Notes: generated from the sequence alone by a model not told the origin. 63,598 bases of DNA, filler included, from Reticulomyxa filosa (GCA_000512085.1; 14 parts of 14 records of this genome joined end to end with filler, not necessarily neighbours in it); one strand, 5' to 3'; counted from the first letter of the whole stretch, positions 49,861 through 63,535 are shown. A program made the numbers and translations.

Positions 49861-52565
49861 AGCTGCAGAAAAACGATAATAGTGTCATTCATTACGATGT
49901 GTACGTCCACCATTGTTGATACTGTTCGGGCTGTGGCAATACTTCAAAAGCGTTGGTGAAAGTGAATTGAAACTTGCATTTGGAGGTCCCAAAGTTCATG
50001 AATGTTAAAAAAAAAATAGCAACGAAAAAAAACAGTTACACAGTGTTCATAAGCCCATGCCACCACAAACACCTGGGCCACAACATACAAAAGTAATATC
50101 GATGACTTTAATCTTTTAATGTTTATCAATTTTTTCAATTGTTTTCTAAAATACTTTTCTTTTTTTTTTCAAACTAACTTGAACAACTGTAGTTACAGTG
50201 AAGCCTTTGAAGAAATCAAAAAAAGTCGAACATGGAGGAAAACACATATTCTCTTACATTAATTATGATGCAAAAACGCTATAATTGGATAAGAAATCAG
50301 GTGAGCTGGCGGTAAGGCATTGAAATTATCGTTAAAAGGAATATCAAAAGAACCACAATCCACACAAAGACGAACTTTTCCAATCAAAAATTTGAGGCAA
50401 GTATCCAATACTTGCGATTAAATATGCGACAAATTTGGCATTGTTTGAACTTCGCTTCGACCTTGTTTACTGGCACCACAACTACAACAACCACTTTCCA
50501 CTTTCTCGACCGACAGGTATTGTATTCTTTGGAGACCTATGTTATATACGTGTGTATTGACCATATATATTTCAATCACATCATAAAAAAACATTATAAC
50601 TTGGAATATAGGCTGCGCATATAATCACGATAATAACTAGCCCAATGCTTTCAATATATCATGAGCCGCAGTACACGATATGGACCTTTAATTTTTTTTC
50701 CAAATTGCACACGTCATTCAAAACGCAAACAATGACCAATATTTGAAGCACGCCGTCACTATAGATACTCGTTCAATAATGAACAAATAAATGAATTGGA
50801 GAAATGACGCGCGCGCGCGTTGTAGTGCGGCTTCCATGATTCGACAGCGAATTTGATTTCCATCAGCAACATTCGACCATGAAGTTGTCAGTGCTACTTT
50901 CATCCAATGCAACAATCGATATTGCTGTGATTGCTGTCACAATTGCAATTTCCCTGGGAACTCGCTGCAGCACCAATGACAACGTAAACAGCAAAACATG
51001 TCCATTTGCATTCCAATATTTTATTGACCTTTAAATGTCTAATCAAAAATTTCAAGCAACACATATTATACACATAAATAAATAATCAATGTACGTATAA
51101 AGATGCTGTGTTGTTAGTTATTGAATATGTACAATTTTAAAAAAAAAATGTATATAGAAAAAACTTTTTCAAGCAATGGACCGAAGTACGATTATAACGT
51201 CAGGTAGCTGGAAAGAAAATACAGGCGCACAAACGATCAACCAAATAATAGCAACGAGGTCTTGCGAATGCGCGCTTCTATTCAATGGCCACTGTTCCAA
51301 TCAATTATTCCGTTATTTTAGGACGGCTAACGGACTTGATAGAAATTGGTATCATTGAACAGCTCGGTCTTGGCAATGGTACAACCTTCCACTTTTCAAA
51401 TCCGAGTGCTTCGGCTTTTGGTGATCGAACAATTCGTATCCACAGCGACTACGTTCATGAGATGAGAGAAAAGGGGAAGGGAGTGCTCGACTGCAAGCAT
51501 AAATGTTGTCCACGCATCCATCCAGCAGGGCCCAGCGCCACCGACACATTGCCAATATCCAAGCTTTTTTTCTTGATTTGATAAAGAATGGAGCGACTTT
51601 TGAATCGTCGATTAAATTATCGACTGGCACAACGTTGTTACTTTTTGTAACAAATGACAACAGCATTAGCTCCAGCGCACACCGAATCAAATCGTGGAAT
51701 ACAGCAGCGGCACCTAAATATTGGCGTACACAACACAGAGCAATGATTTAAACAATTGACAATGAGTAAAAGATTGAACGGACTGCATTTAGTCGTTGTC
51801 GTCATTGTACTGCGCTTGACATTAACACCAGTGCAGCAACTTCTATTGGAAGGTGAAGTGGGCGCACTATGTGAAATTCGACCATGTTTGAGAATACGCA
51901 ATGCCCGATGTTGCCCGGGAGCTTACGATTCCTTACATCAGCACGCGCATGATTCAAAGCCCAAATTTGCGCATGTGCACATACACTACCGTTTCGACAC
52001 GAGTAACCAATCTTTGCATTCCGATTATTATCTTGTGTTTATAAAAAGACATTTCCATATCGACCGATTTCTCTTACTCATTGACGCCGGTGGGTCACAG
52101 TTGGACACAATATTTGCGGATAATTCTTAGCATGGCAAAGCGCCAGAGACTTGTGTCTGCCTACATTAATGGCAAACAACTCCTTTCAATACTTCGGGTA
52201 GCATTTGCTATATCCGTTCAACACTTTCCGTGGCGACTTTGCGCGTTCCCAGGCGTAAAAAAGGCAAGTCTATAAAACCAATTTCAATAAAGCCGTATAC
52301 TTGTTTTTTTTATTTTTGTTTTATTTTTTAAACAAATTTTAACACGTAAAATTTTGGAACGCTTTTTCTCTTCTTCTTCATTTTCTTGCTTGCTGGTGTC
52401 TTGTAGACTAAATTGAACCAATCTTACATGTGATGATTCTCTCGATGCAGTGGCTTGCTCGATGTCCATGTAAGTTTTTTTTGATAACTCCTTGCTATTT
52501 TCTTATTCGGCTTCTTCTTCGTCGCTCCAGTTGCTGCCATCGTCGCTATACCATAGTATCGACAT
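49861..52565. repeat. Decayed dispersed duplicate, copy 1 (collinear with 55534..57773)
   Basis: Shared blocks such as agctgcagaaa..gtgtcattcat..cgtccaccattgttga, ctgggaactcgctgcagcac and ccaatatccaagcttttt..aattatcgactggcac occur in the same order and orientation. Confidence 0.85.
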
Positions 52566-53910
52566 CGTTTCCAATTACAAGTCCATCTGCTATCTTCGAC
52601 GTTGTGATGAGGGACACATTTTTGGCCTGATCGAATTGATGTGAGCATTTGCAATAATAGCGCACTATTTGTATATTCTATTTTTTTATTAGACCTATTC
52701 GTTGTTGGTCTTTTTCATTGCTTACTTGATTGCCATCCAACAAATCGTCAGTATTACATAGTCGATCCCAGATGCAGTTCGGTAAAGATAATATATACTT
52801 GCTCGGCAAACAACTCTTGCGGCAATGAAGTCGAAAAATGCAACTATATATTTTATTTTTTCACCAATCAACAATGATCAACGTCGCACATGAGCTAACG
52901 TTCAAAATCCAAGTTGCGAATTTGCGCAAGTACACGACCAGTTTCGGCATGGCCTCTGCGTTAATAAAATTATGGCTATTTTAATAACGACCAAGTTTCC
53001 ATTGTCATTTGACGTTCGTTGCACAAATTTTGACGCCATCTTTGGTGCCATGACACGCTAAGAGTTATCCGCAGACTTTTTTGGACATACGTTGATTGCA
53101 AACAAATTCATTCTAACGTTTCGAGTTGACATTGCAATACTTCTTCAGCATTTTCCAGTGATCGTGACGTATATCTTATGTGGTGCCAATTTAGTACTGC
53201 GATACATATCAGCAATGTCCTGTGCGCTTTTGCGCCAAAGTTCGTGCATCAATTTTAACTTCAGCGTTTTCGCTCTGGAATTAATACTACTGTCTTCTCC
53301 ATCGCCTTTCGCTGCGCTGTTTGTGCGTTTTTTGCTGTCGACCAGCTACGGCAATGTGCTCGCCAATCATTTCGGCAAAGATTTTGACCAGAGAAGCCTG
53401 AATATGTAACTCCGATGTGCTTCTTCAAGTTTATAAACTCAATTGACTCGGAACATCTATCAATTTGAATACGTAAGGCAATGCATAGTTAGCATATTTA
53501 TCTTTTTCGTTTTTCCCTATTTCGTTGTTGGACAGGCGGATTTCCATACGCGCTAAAAATCGTCGCAATGTACTTTTCAATCATTGTGGCAATCTAGCGT
53601 TGAGGCTCCTTCGACAATCAAACAGTATGCCAACACAATCAATCTAGTTCATAGACAAGTATATACTTAAGCAATCCATACTTCGATTTGAACTTCATCT
53701 TCCAGCGACTCAGGTTTTTGCTCGAACAGGACGATCAAACACAGGACTATTCAACAGCTTGACGCAACGTTCTCGAATGGTCATCTTGTCTTTCACTGCG
53801 ATCAAAGTTCATCGGTCTTATGCTTGTTGAATCCACGACGTCGCCACTTCAACATCCAATTTGATAATGTTCGTGCTTGTGGCCATACGCACTTCTTCCA
53901 AGTTTCCGGG
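50600..53910 (-). pseudogene. Heavily decayed large-protein pseudogene, possibly RNF213-like C-terminal (RZ-finger/E3) region
   Basis: Coding-like composition with many stops. Relic GYSCRNG-SVCAHAQIWALNH resembles a deleted RZ finger and is followed by CSPFNLLLIVNCLNHCSVL. Family call is tentative. Confidence 0.35.
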
Positions 53911-53919
53911 AACAATATC

Positions 53920-54290
53920 CCGTTTTTTTACATATTTTTTACACTTTTTTTTTATCTTTTTTCTATCTTTTTTTCTTTTTTAAATCCTTTTTTACTTTTT
54001 CTGTTGTTTAATCTTTTTTTCTTTTTTGCACATTGTCTTTTTTTTCTTTTATTTTCTTTTCATTTTTCAACGTTTTTTTCATTTCATTTTTATTTTGCAT
54101 TCATTTTTTTATTTTTTTAAATTTTTATTAAATAAATTTTTTACCAGCCTTTTTTCTACTTTCTTTTTCCACCCTTTTTATTTTATTTTCAAATCTTTTT
54201 CCATTTATTTTCTTCAATCAATTTTTTTCCCTAAATTTTTTACATCCATTTTCCATAATATTTCTTTTCCCCCCAATGTTCCCCATTCAT
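53920..54290. repeat. T-rich low-complexity tract
   Basis: Almost G-free, T-dominated sequence producing spurious poly-Phe ORFs. Confidence 0.8.
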
Positions 54291-55083
54291 CTCAAATAAA
54301 AATAAAAAATAAACAAAGTTACAATCTTTTTTTTGAGTCTTGAACTCTATAAACAAATTTACAAATTGAAATAATTTTTTCAAAAAAAAAAATATATATT
54401 TGACTTGGAGCTTAAAGCTCTAATTTCAATCTATATACATATATATTTTCTTTTGCAACGGGAAGGTTGCACATATTTTTTTTTGATGGGTGCTTGCCTA
54501 TTGACAAACCACAAACATTTGATAAAAAAAATAAAAAATTTTTAAAAAAATACAAACTATTTTATTTTTTTTTGATGCAGGATGGCTTCAACCCCAACGT
54601 TTTCTTTGCAGAAGATGATAACAGTACGTATAAAAAATTTTTTTTTGAATAGACGGGTTGCGGCTGATAATGAAAAAACAAACAAAGTGAATTATATCAA
54701 AAAAAAATTTATAAATAAATAACAAACCTTTGTTACTCCTTGCGGAGACGGGGGGCCTTACCCCATATTCAATATATATATTTTTTCTTTTGTTGAAGGA
54801 TGCATTGCACCAACACACAAAAATTATCATTTTTTTATCAAAGTACGAAGTCTGTTCAAAACAAACACAACATTCTTTTAAGTTACAAAGTATTTTAAAG
54901 AAAAAGAAAAGACATACTATGCTTAGAGAGAGTGTGAATATCACCCTAATTACGGACTGTTACGAGAATAGATACAACCAAAGAAAAAAAAAGAAAAAAA
55001 AAAGACCTTTTTCTTAATTAAGACATAAATGCACAACTTATAAATGTTTATAAAAAAGATGAAAATTTGCAATTTTTTGGAAT

Positions 55084-55183
55084 NNNNNNNNNNNNNNNNN
55101 NNNNNNNNNNNNNNNNNNNNNNNNNNNTTAATTAATTAANNNNNNNNNNNNNNNNNNNNNNNNNNNNNNNNNNNNNNNNNNNN
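55084..55183. other. Artificial contig linker
   Basis: 44 N + TTAATTAATTAA + 44 N. Confidence 0.98.
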
Positions 55184-55533
55184 ATTTTTTAGAGATAGTT
55201 CGACCATATCATTAATTTTTTTTTTGATAAAAAAAAGATTAATAATCAATTTTTTTTTTTTTTTGATAAAAAAAAATAATAACAAAAATTTTTTTTTTTA
55301 AAAAAAAAAAAAAGGTAAATTAATGAACACTATTGTTGTGGTGCCATGATTCGCACCCAATTGCAAAAAATTTTTTTGCTAAATGGAACTTTCCGGAAAC
55401 CTTTTTTGCGCAAAGATCCCAGCGCATTTGAATTACACACAATCGACTTCAGCGCTGTGCTTGTATTGCCGATCAGACGAATATTGCACGTATACGACTT
55501 TTAAGGCATGTCTTACGCCAGGGTCATGGAATG

Positions 55534-57773
55534 AGCTGCAGAAAGATAATAACAGTGTCATTCATCACGATGCGTACGTCCACCATTGTTGAAGTTGTTC
55601 GGGCTTGTGGCAACACCTTCAAAAACGTTGGCAAAAGTGAACTGAAACTTGCATTTGGAGGCAAAGTTCATGAATGTAAAAAAAAAAGCAAAATTGTTTT
55701 AGAAAACAATTGAAAAGATTGATAGACATTAAAGATTTAAGTCCTTGACATTCTTTTGTATGTTATGGCCAGGTATTGTGGTGGCATGGGCTTAAATGTT
55801 TTTTCGTCACTATTTTTTTTAAAACTAACTTGAATAGCTGTTATTACAGTGAGCCTTTAAGAAATAAAAAAAAGTCTGGAGGAAAACACGTGTTCTCTTA
55901 CATGTTTATGATACAAAAACACTTCCAATCCTTGTTTTTCTTTCTCGATATTATCTTATCATCTTCTTGCTCCTTCTGTCATACGTATTCTTTCTTGTCA
56001 TCTACTCCTAATCGAAGTCTTTTTTTGTTACGAATAGTGGCAAACTCAATTTCCATTTCGCACAATCTTACGCGCTTTCTTTTAGACTTAAAATATTAAA
56101 GCTTAGAAATTTTTTACGACGAGAATAATTTAAAAGAAATCAAATGAGCTGGACGTAGGATATCAAAAAGAAATATCAAAAAGACTACAATTCACACAAA
56201 CAAATTTTTCCAATCAAAAAAAATTGAGGGCAAGTCAAGTGTTAAATACTTGCGACTATATGCCACAAATTTAGCTTTTTTTGCACTTTGCTTCATCATT
56301 GCTTACTGCACCGCAACCACCACAGCCACTTTCTAATTCTTGATAAGACAATTGCATTCTTTGAAAACCTATGTTATGTACATATTATTGATCATAAATA
56401 TTTCAATCACATTATAAAAAAAAATTAACTTGGATATAGGTTGCATATAATCACGACAACAGCCAGCTCACCACTTTCAAACCATCATGAGCCACATTAC
56501 ACGCTATGGACCTCCAATTTTTTTTTTCAAATTCTACGTCATTCAAAACGCAGACAATGATCAATACTTGATGCACGTCGTCAATTAGATACTTGTTCAA
56601 CAATGAACAAATAAATGCATTGAAGAAACGACAAGCGCATGTGTTGTAGTGCGACTTTAATGATTCAACAACATATTGGGTCCCCATCAGCAACAATTCG
56701 ACCATGAGATTGCCACTTTTGCATTCATGCATGAAACCATCGATACTGTTGCGATTGCTGTCACAATTGCCATTATTGCTGGGAACTCGCTGCAGCACAA
56801 ATGGCAATGCAAACAGCAAAAATGTATCCACATCACAAAACTTCATTGATATCCTTGAAATATCTAATCAAAAATTTGAAGCAACAAATATCACATACAC
56901 ACAATAAATAATCAATATACGTATAAAGATGTTGTTGAATATGTACATGTATATATAAAAAAAATGTATATATAAAAAACTTTTTTAAGCAATGGACCCA
57001 AACACAATTAAACAGGAACTTGGAACAGGCGCACATAAATGATCAACCGAAATGACAACAAGCCCGTGTGAAAAGGAGGGGGTCAGCGCCGCCGACACAT
57101 TTCCAATATCCAAGCTTTTTCTTGATTTGACAAATAATGGACTTTTTGAATCGTCGATCCAATTATCGACTGGCACGACGTTGATCCTTTTGTAACAAAT
57201 GCGCACAACAGTAACCCTTCCGTGCACAAGTCAAATCGTAAAATACAGCAGCAGTACCCAAATATTGGGGCGAACAACACCAGTCCGATGTGTTAAAACA
57301 ATTGACAACAGAGTAAAAGAGGATATGGACTGCATCTTGTCATCGTCATTATAAGCACCACTGGCGCTGCTCTTGTCATTGTCACACCTGGCAAGACTCT
57401 TCCATTGTAGGCGCATTAGTCCATGTACAAGTGCGCAAAGCCGCCACTCGCGGGCGTGAAAGGCGATTTCATAATTGAAGTTGCAGATGATTTTTTTCTT
57501 TTTTTAAAATAAATTCAACGCGGCATCCTCGGATTTATTTCTATTCATCATCACATCTTCCTCCTCCTGTTTTCATCTTCTTGTCTGCTGGTGATATCGG
57601 CTTGAGTTTCCCCACCAAATTGAGTCACGATATCGGAAGACGATTTTAATGCGAGAGTGTCTTACTCGACGGGTGATATGTGATTATTTATTTCCTACAA
57701 CATCGACGTGTTTTTCTTTCATTTCTTCTACCAAGCCAGTCGCTGCGATTATTGCGATACCACAATATCGATA
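55534..57773. repeat. Decayed dispersed duplicate, copy 2 (collinear with 49861..52565)
   Basis: Same shared blocks as copy 1, with independent indels and internal deletions. Confidence 0.85.
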
Positions 57774-57873
57774 NNNNNNNNNNNNNNNNNNNNNNNNNNN
57801 NNNNNNNNNNNNNNNNNTTAATTAATTAANNNNNNNNNNNNNNNNNNNNNNNNNNNNNNNNNNNNNNNNNNNN
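57774..57873. other. Artificial contig linker
   Basis: 44 N + TTAATTAATTAA + 44 N. Confidence 0.98.
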
Positions 57874-58409
57874 TTTTTACATTAAGAAGACATACAAGCT
57901 GGAAAAGAATAAAAACACAATTTCGATCTTTATTATAATGAAAATTACTGCATTGTTTGTTTTTCCAACGATTTTTTTTTAAATCGGAGTGACTCTTGAA
58001 AGTCATCGTGTAAGAGTATTTGTTAATCCTCAATTTCACACGATTTCTCTTTTTATTTACGATCGCTCTCTTGAACAAAGAATATAATTTATGGATAGTG
58101 TAGTGAGATAAAAAATTACATCCAACATGCTTCAGTCACTCACTCAAAAAAATCAAATCAGTCAAAAAATTTGTTCATGTTGTTGGAAAAATGATTCTGT
58201 ACAAAATATGCATACACAGATAAATACTACAACCACGACTATCATTGCTTTTGCTTTTATTTTCTTTCTTTCTTAATTGTATAAATTTCATGCACCATTT
58301 TGGTTTGAAACAATATTTTTTAAAAAACACAGTTAAATTTGTTTTAATACAATTGCAATTAAAATGATTTTTATTTCACTCTACCTGTCGTTAAAAAAAT
58401 TCTTCGTTT

Positions 58410-58520
58410 GTGTCGTCCCCATATTCGGAATTTTTTGTCGGTAGAGCTGATACAATTGCTATTATCATGAACTTAAATGCCCTTGGAACACTTTTAACTC
58501 TCGAAAATACTTGGCCTTTT
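58410..58520 (-). pseudogene. WD40 relic fragment
   Basis: AKYFRELKVFQGHLS, then stops and a frameshift, then STDKKFRIW. Confidence 0.5.
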
Positions 58521-58913
58521 TCATTTGGTCCAACAACAGGTTTTTTCTGCAGAAACTAGTGGTAATTCGAAAAAGCTTTGATTTGAAAATGTTAACATAA
58601 CATGTTTTACTATCATTTGATTAAATTCCTTAACTCAACCCCAATTCATGTTCATTTTACGAAGCCAATTTGCTGTAATAAATTTTTTTGGCGAAAATCA
58701 CTTAAAAATGCAAAGTTTCTCCTTTTTTTGACAAGCGGCCCTCTTTCACACAAACACAAACTGGAACCAAAATTTTATCCAAAAAACCAATAATTTAACC
58801 ATTTTTTGGGAAATTCAAAATGACAACTCCGTTTTGACAATTTTCTTTAGTCTTCTAGAGTTCTGCTAGGTGAATAAGTTCAAAAGTAAAAATTTTGTAG
58901 ACGGGAGAAAGAT

Positions 58914-59013
58914 NNNNNNNNNNNNNNNNNNNNNNNNNNNNNNNNNNNNNNNNNNNNTTAATTAATTAANNNNNNNNNNNNNNNNNNNNNNNNNNNNNNN
59001 NNNNNNNNNNNNN
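58914..59013. other. Artificial contig linker
   Basis: 44 N + TTAATTAATTAA + 44 N. Confidence 0.98.
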
Positions 59014-59172
59014 TTGTCAATATTTTTGTTTTTCTTTTACATAGTAATAAACAATTTTAAACACTGCTGAGTTGTCGTAGTGAAAAAAACATAACGCAGG
59101 GTTTACCACAAAAAATTCATTCACTATGCGCTGCTCTTCTAAACGAGTTTGACTTTTGGAAAAAAGAGAGAA

Positions 59173-60455
59173 ATGGCGGAGACCACCTCACCAAGTAATA
59201 ACGACACTATATTGCAAACGTATCACATTTTGGACGACACCCGAAAAAGTTGACTGCTCGTAAACAATTTTTCCCTCCTCTTTTTGTTTTTGAGTCGATT
59301 GCTACATACCATACATGTTTGCAAATATGTAAATATTCAGAGGGACCTAATTGCATGTCCAGCTTTATAACCGATGAAAACAATTGGTTCAATCAAACAC
59401 GAGCTGAAATATTAGCACCAAACGCTTGCATTCACGAGCGAGGCAAAAACATTTACTTCGAGTACACCAAAGCAGCAGCTGTGCCAGAGGCTGCAGTAAT
59501 TATAATAATAGCAGTTACATTTGTGATGTTGTTGCTGATTGCTATTGCCTGGCGTTCTAGGAACCCTTATCAAACAGACTGGTTTCGAATTGTTGGAATT
59601 TATGCCGCAGGTTCCACCACAACTTTCTTTTTTTAAAAAAAAATTGTTATTGTTGTATACGTGTCTTGAGAATTTTTCAGTCAACAAAAATTATTTTTTT
59701 TTGTGGAAGTTATCCAATGACATTATCATCACATGTTTGATTTTGTAAATAGCAACATTACTGTTTGTATTTATTTTACGTTTGGGCCCAATTACTCCTG
59801 GATTCAGCAGTTTGGATATTGCGATTACCTTATTTTATTTTTTTTGGGAAAAAAAGTGTTTTTTTATTAATAAAAAGTATACGTTCTTTTATATACATAT
59901 ATAAATAGGGTTTGTTGGGTTTGCCGTGGTGATTCATAATTTTGCTGAACTGTATTTGCTGCGAGTGGTGTGGTTTGGCAAAAAAGCCAATGCACTTGTT
60001 GGAAACGTGGTGATTGTATTATACGTATTTATAATGACAACATCACTTGCATTTTTGCCAATGAATGGTCTATACATTTTAGCAATGGTTCAAGGAGCAA
60101 CGATGGATTACCTGCTTTGTATTACATTTCCTGTTGTTGCTTTCAAGTTTAGGGCGTTCCGTCATAATCGATCCGATTTTATTTTGGCAGCAGTTGCAGC
60201 TTTTATTCATATCGGCTCCATACAACCCTTGTTTGTTGGCTTTGCTTTGGCCAACAATCGAATTACACAAATTACTGCTCTCGGACTATTTCCCACTTTT
60301 TTTTTGTATACGTACTTTGCAGGTCGAGAGCTCGGAAGACTTAGTCTCTTGGGCCCATCATTTCAAGAAATTTTGGTACATTTCTTTTTTTTTGTTAGTT
60401 GAAAAATAAACTACAATATTTTGTTGTTTGAAATAGAGATACTTTTGGGGAATTG
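59173..60455 (+). CDS. Multi-pass (about 7 TM) membrane protein of unknown family, 3'-truncated
   Basis: ATG at 59173; N-terminus with N-x-S/T sites; hydrophobic exons incl. VIIIIAVTFVMLLLIAIAW, AVVIHNFAELYLL, QGATMDYLL, AAVAAFIHIGSI. Confidence 0.6.
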
Positions 60456-60555
60456 NNNNNNNNNNNNNNNNNNNNNNNNNNNNNNNNNNNNNNNNNNNNT
60501 TAATTAATTAANNNNNNNNNNNNNNNNNNNNNNNNNNNNNNNNNNNNNNNNNNNN
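60456..60555. other. Artificial contig linker
   Basis: 44 N + TTAATTAATTAA + 44 N. Confidence 0.98.
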
Positions 60556-60584
60556 ACTGATGCAACAGCTCAACAGCACGTCTT

Positions 60585-61501
60585 TTGTTAAAATTCTCAG
60601 TTATATTAGATGGACACTGTGTAGTGAAACTGGCAGATAGCAACAGTAACAACGATAAAGATAACAATCAAATCATTTTGTTGTCTTTTGGTGGAGATAA
60701 ATATACAAAAAGACATACATTTGTGATGAAATATGTAAGTGTTTGGAGTGATGGCAACAATAATGATGATGAAAATAAAAATGAAAATGAAACGAATAAA
60801 TCAAAAAAATTAAATGAATTCAATCAATTCAATGAATTAAACAAATCAAACAATTACAATCAATGGCTTCCTTTCACAGATAACCACAATCATCCAATTA
60901 TCATTGGAAGAGAAAGAGATCATGATAATTATCGAGGAGCGCGTGCATTGATTGGTGGAATCAACAATCATTTGTTATTTATCACTTATTATATTAATAA
61001 TATTATTGTGTTTGATTTAAATAAATTTAAATTTATTAAATATGATACTTTACCAGCTGATAATTTCATATGTTATCATTGCTTTGTATCAAAATCAGAA
61101 AATGGACAAGTACAAGAAATGATGAAACAAAATTATCAAATGCTGTTGTTTTGTTGGGGTACAGGATTATCAATTGAATATAATGAAGATAATAACACTT
61201 TTCAATTTCAGAAACTACCTGTTTGTCATGATATTGCATTATTCAATTATTATGCATATGTGTGTATCAATGATGTCGTCTTATTCTTTGGTGGATATGG
61301 TAGAGGTGTTGTTTCAAAATTAATGCACAGTATTCAATTGGAGAAAACAATTGATGACATTTCAAAAAACTTTACCCAGTCCATTGAGAGATTGTGTTGC
61401 AATATTGAGTGAAGAGGACAATCATATATGTCATTGGAAGAATAGGTAATGAAAACATAACCATGAAGACAAACGTGCGTATATGGGATACTTCATACTT
61501 G
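60585..61501 (+). pseudogene. Kelch-like beta-propeller gene fragment, frameshifted
   Basis: GHCVV..LLSFGG, GARALIGG, YHCFV, VLFFGG and YVIG blades. The frame is lost near 61330 and again near 61410. Confidence 0.7.
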
Positions 61502-61556
61502 GTAAAGATTTTTTTATTTATTTATTTTGATGAAATACAAATATATTTTATAAAAC

Positions 61557-61656
61557 NNNNNNNNNNNNNNNNNNNNNNNNNNNNNNNNNNNNNNNNNNNN
61601 TTAATTAATTAANNNNNNNNNNNNNNNNNNNNNNNNNNNNNNNNNNNNNNNNNNNN
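61557..61656. other. Artificial contig linker
   Basis: 44 N + TTAATTAATTAA + 44 N. Confidence 0.98.
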
Positions 61657-62043
61657 TATTATTATTATTTTTTTTTTTTTTATTTATAAAAAAATTTACA
61701 CTTAACATTTCCATCTTTTGCAATCAAATGTTGCTTGTAACGATAATACTTATTTGATAATGCTCCTCCATTAAAACCATATATATGTTCTAATTCTAAT
61801 TTTGATTTTGGTTTTTCTTTTGCTTCTTCTTCACTTGGATAACCTTTACTTGGCTTATAATATATTATTTTTCCTTTTCCAAACGTATAATCGCCTCGTC
61901 TACATTTTTTTTTTTTCCGATTTTCCGTTGTTATTTATTTTTTTACTACTTTCATTTTTTTTTTTACTTTCTCTTTCAAAAAAAAAAAAACAACACCTTG
62001 TCTGATCCGTTGCAAACAATGAGTCACTTTTCTCTTCTGCCAT
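61657..62043 (-). CDS. EML/EMAP-like microtubule-associated protein, N-terminal HELP motif, 3'-truncated
   Basis: ATG at 62043; spliced MAEEKSDSLFATDQT|RRGDYTFGKGKIIYYKPSKGYPSEEEAKEKPKSKLELEHIYGFNGGALSN matches the HELP pattern P..LxLExVYGYxG. Not in the ORF track. Confidence 0.7.
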
Positions 62044-62748
62044 TTCTTTTCCAAAAGAGTATCTTCAATCGACTTTCACTTTTCAAAAAAAAACTTCTCA
62101 CTTTACCAAAACAAAAAAAAACTTTAGCCCCCTTAGTTCCACAGTTTTAACTTACGTGTTTTTCACACACACGAGGAAGGTAATTTTTGAATGTATCAAC
62201 AACTTTATAACCATTAAAGGCAATTCGTCTTGCCCTTGTAAACATTTACACGAAAGCTCAAATTCAGACTTGTGATTTTAAGAAAATTGCAACTATAATC
62301 TCAGCAATGGCATTACTTTAATTTAAAAAAACAAACTTAAGAGAAGTACTATAATAAATAGACAAAAAACTATCACATTTTTGTATTTTATTTTGCTTGA
62401 TTTGAAATTTTGTCCTTATTGTGATTTGTCTATGTTGTAAAAAGATTATTTTTTCTGCTTTGTTTACATTATGGGAAATTACTAATTCACTCGAGCCATA
62501 AATGCCCACAATTAAATTTTCGTTTTTTTTTGTGTTGAAGCCAGTTTGTTTAGTCAGTGACTACATTAGTTTGATAATGTAAAACAATGGTAAAAAAACA
62601 TGAACATTATTGGTTGATAACAAGGTGTAAATGATGTCTAGTTACTAATTTTTTCTAAAAAAAAAAAAAGCAGTCATCTGATAAAAAAAAACATTATAGA
62701 CAAACACTGTTTTGAGTGTTTTCCTTTTTTTTTTATAAATTAAAAATA

Positions 62749-63504
62749 ATGACATTGGCAGCAAAGGAATTCGAAGTGATTTATTTGGATAATAATTTTT
62801 GTGTAGTAAATAAGCCTGCAAATGTGTGCATTGACGGAGAGGAAGAAGTGACTCTAGAAAAGCTGACAAAGGCGTATTTAGATGAAAAGAAGATAAACTA
62901 TGGTAAGACCGATTAAAGTACAACAAACATTTGAACATTGGAACATTGAAAAAGAAAAACCAAAAACATGTGAACATGCTAAAATGTAGACAAAGCGCGT
63001 CACTGTCATCAATTGGACAAAGGAACGTCTGGAGTATTAATCTACGCATTGAACAAGCGATCGGCGGTGGCATGCAACCAGTCGTTCAGTCATCGGTCGG
63101 TGTCGAAGACGTACATGACGTTGGTGCTAAACCACATACCGCATTCGACGCAGCACTTTCTCATTGACTTGCCACTCGTCAATTGTCCAAACAATCCATT
63201 GCGCGAAATGGTCGCAAACACATGCATTGCAGGGAGATGTGCCGTCACCGAATTCTCCGTTTTGAAAAGGTATCTAAAAAAATATGCATATACATAATAT
63301 GCATATACATAATATACATATATATATGTGTTTATATTTAAATAATTAAAAAGAGGTTACAAAAGTGACAAAGACAAAGCTAAGCGATATCCTGTGACAC
63401 TGTTGAAGGTGACCTTGCACAGTGGACGTCGACATCAAATCCGAGTGCATTTAGCTCATTGTGGCTATCCTATTGTTGGAGATCCTATGTGTATCTATGC
63501 ATAT

Positions 63505-63535
<31 letters not shown>

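Noticed and set aside
53824-54343. Phe-rich ORFs resembling membrane proteins
   Set aside because: Products of a T-rich low-complexity tract.
57385-57415. PTMEESCQV read as part of an RZ finger in copy 2
   Set aside because: It aligns downstream of the RZ-like relic in copy 1, so it is not independent support.
59926-59960. HNFAE read as a ZIP transporter signature
   Set aside because: It lacks the PEG continuation and the paired HE/HK motif of the next helix.
5862-61656. Recurring TTAATTAATTAA flanked by N runs, read as a repeat family or CRISPR-like array
   Set aside because: Identical 100-bp synthetic joins with stops in all six frames; ORFs ending XXXLIN are artefacts.
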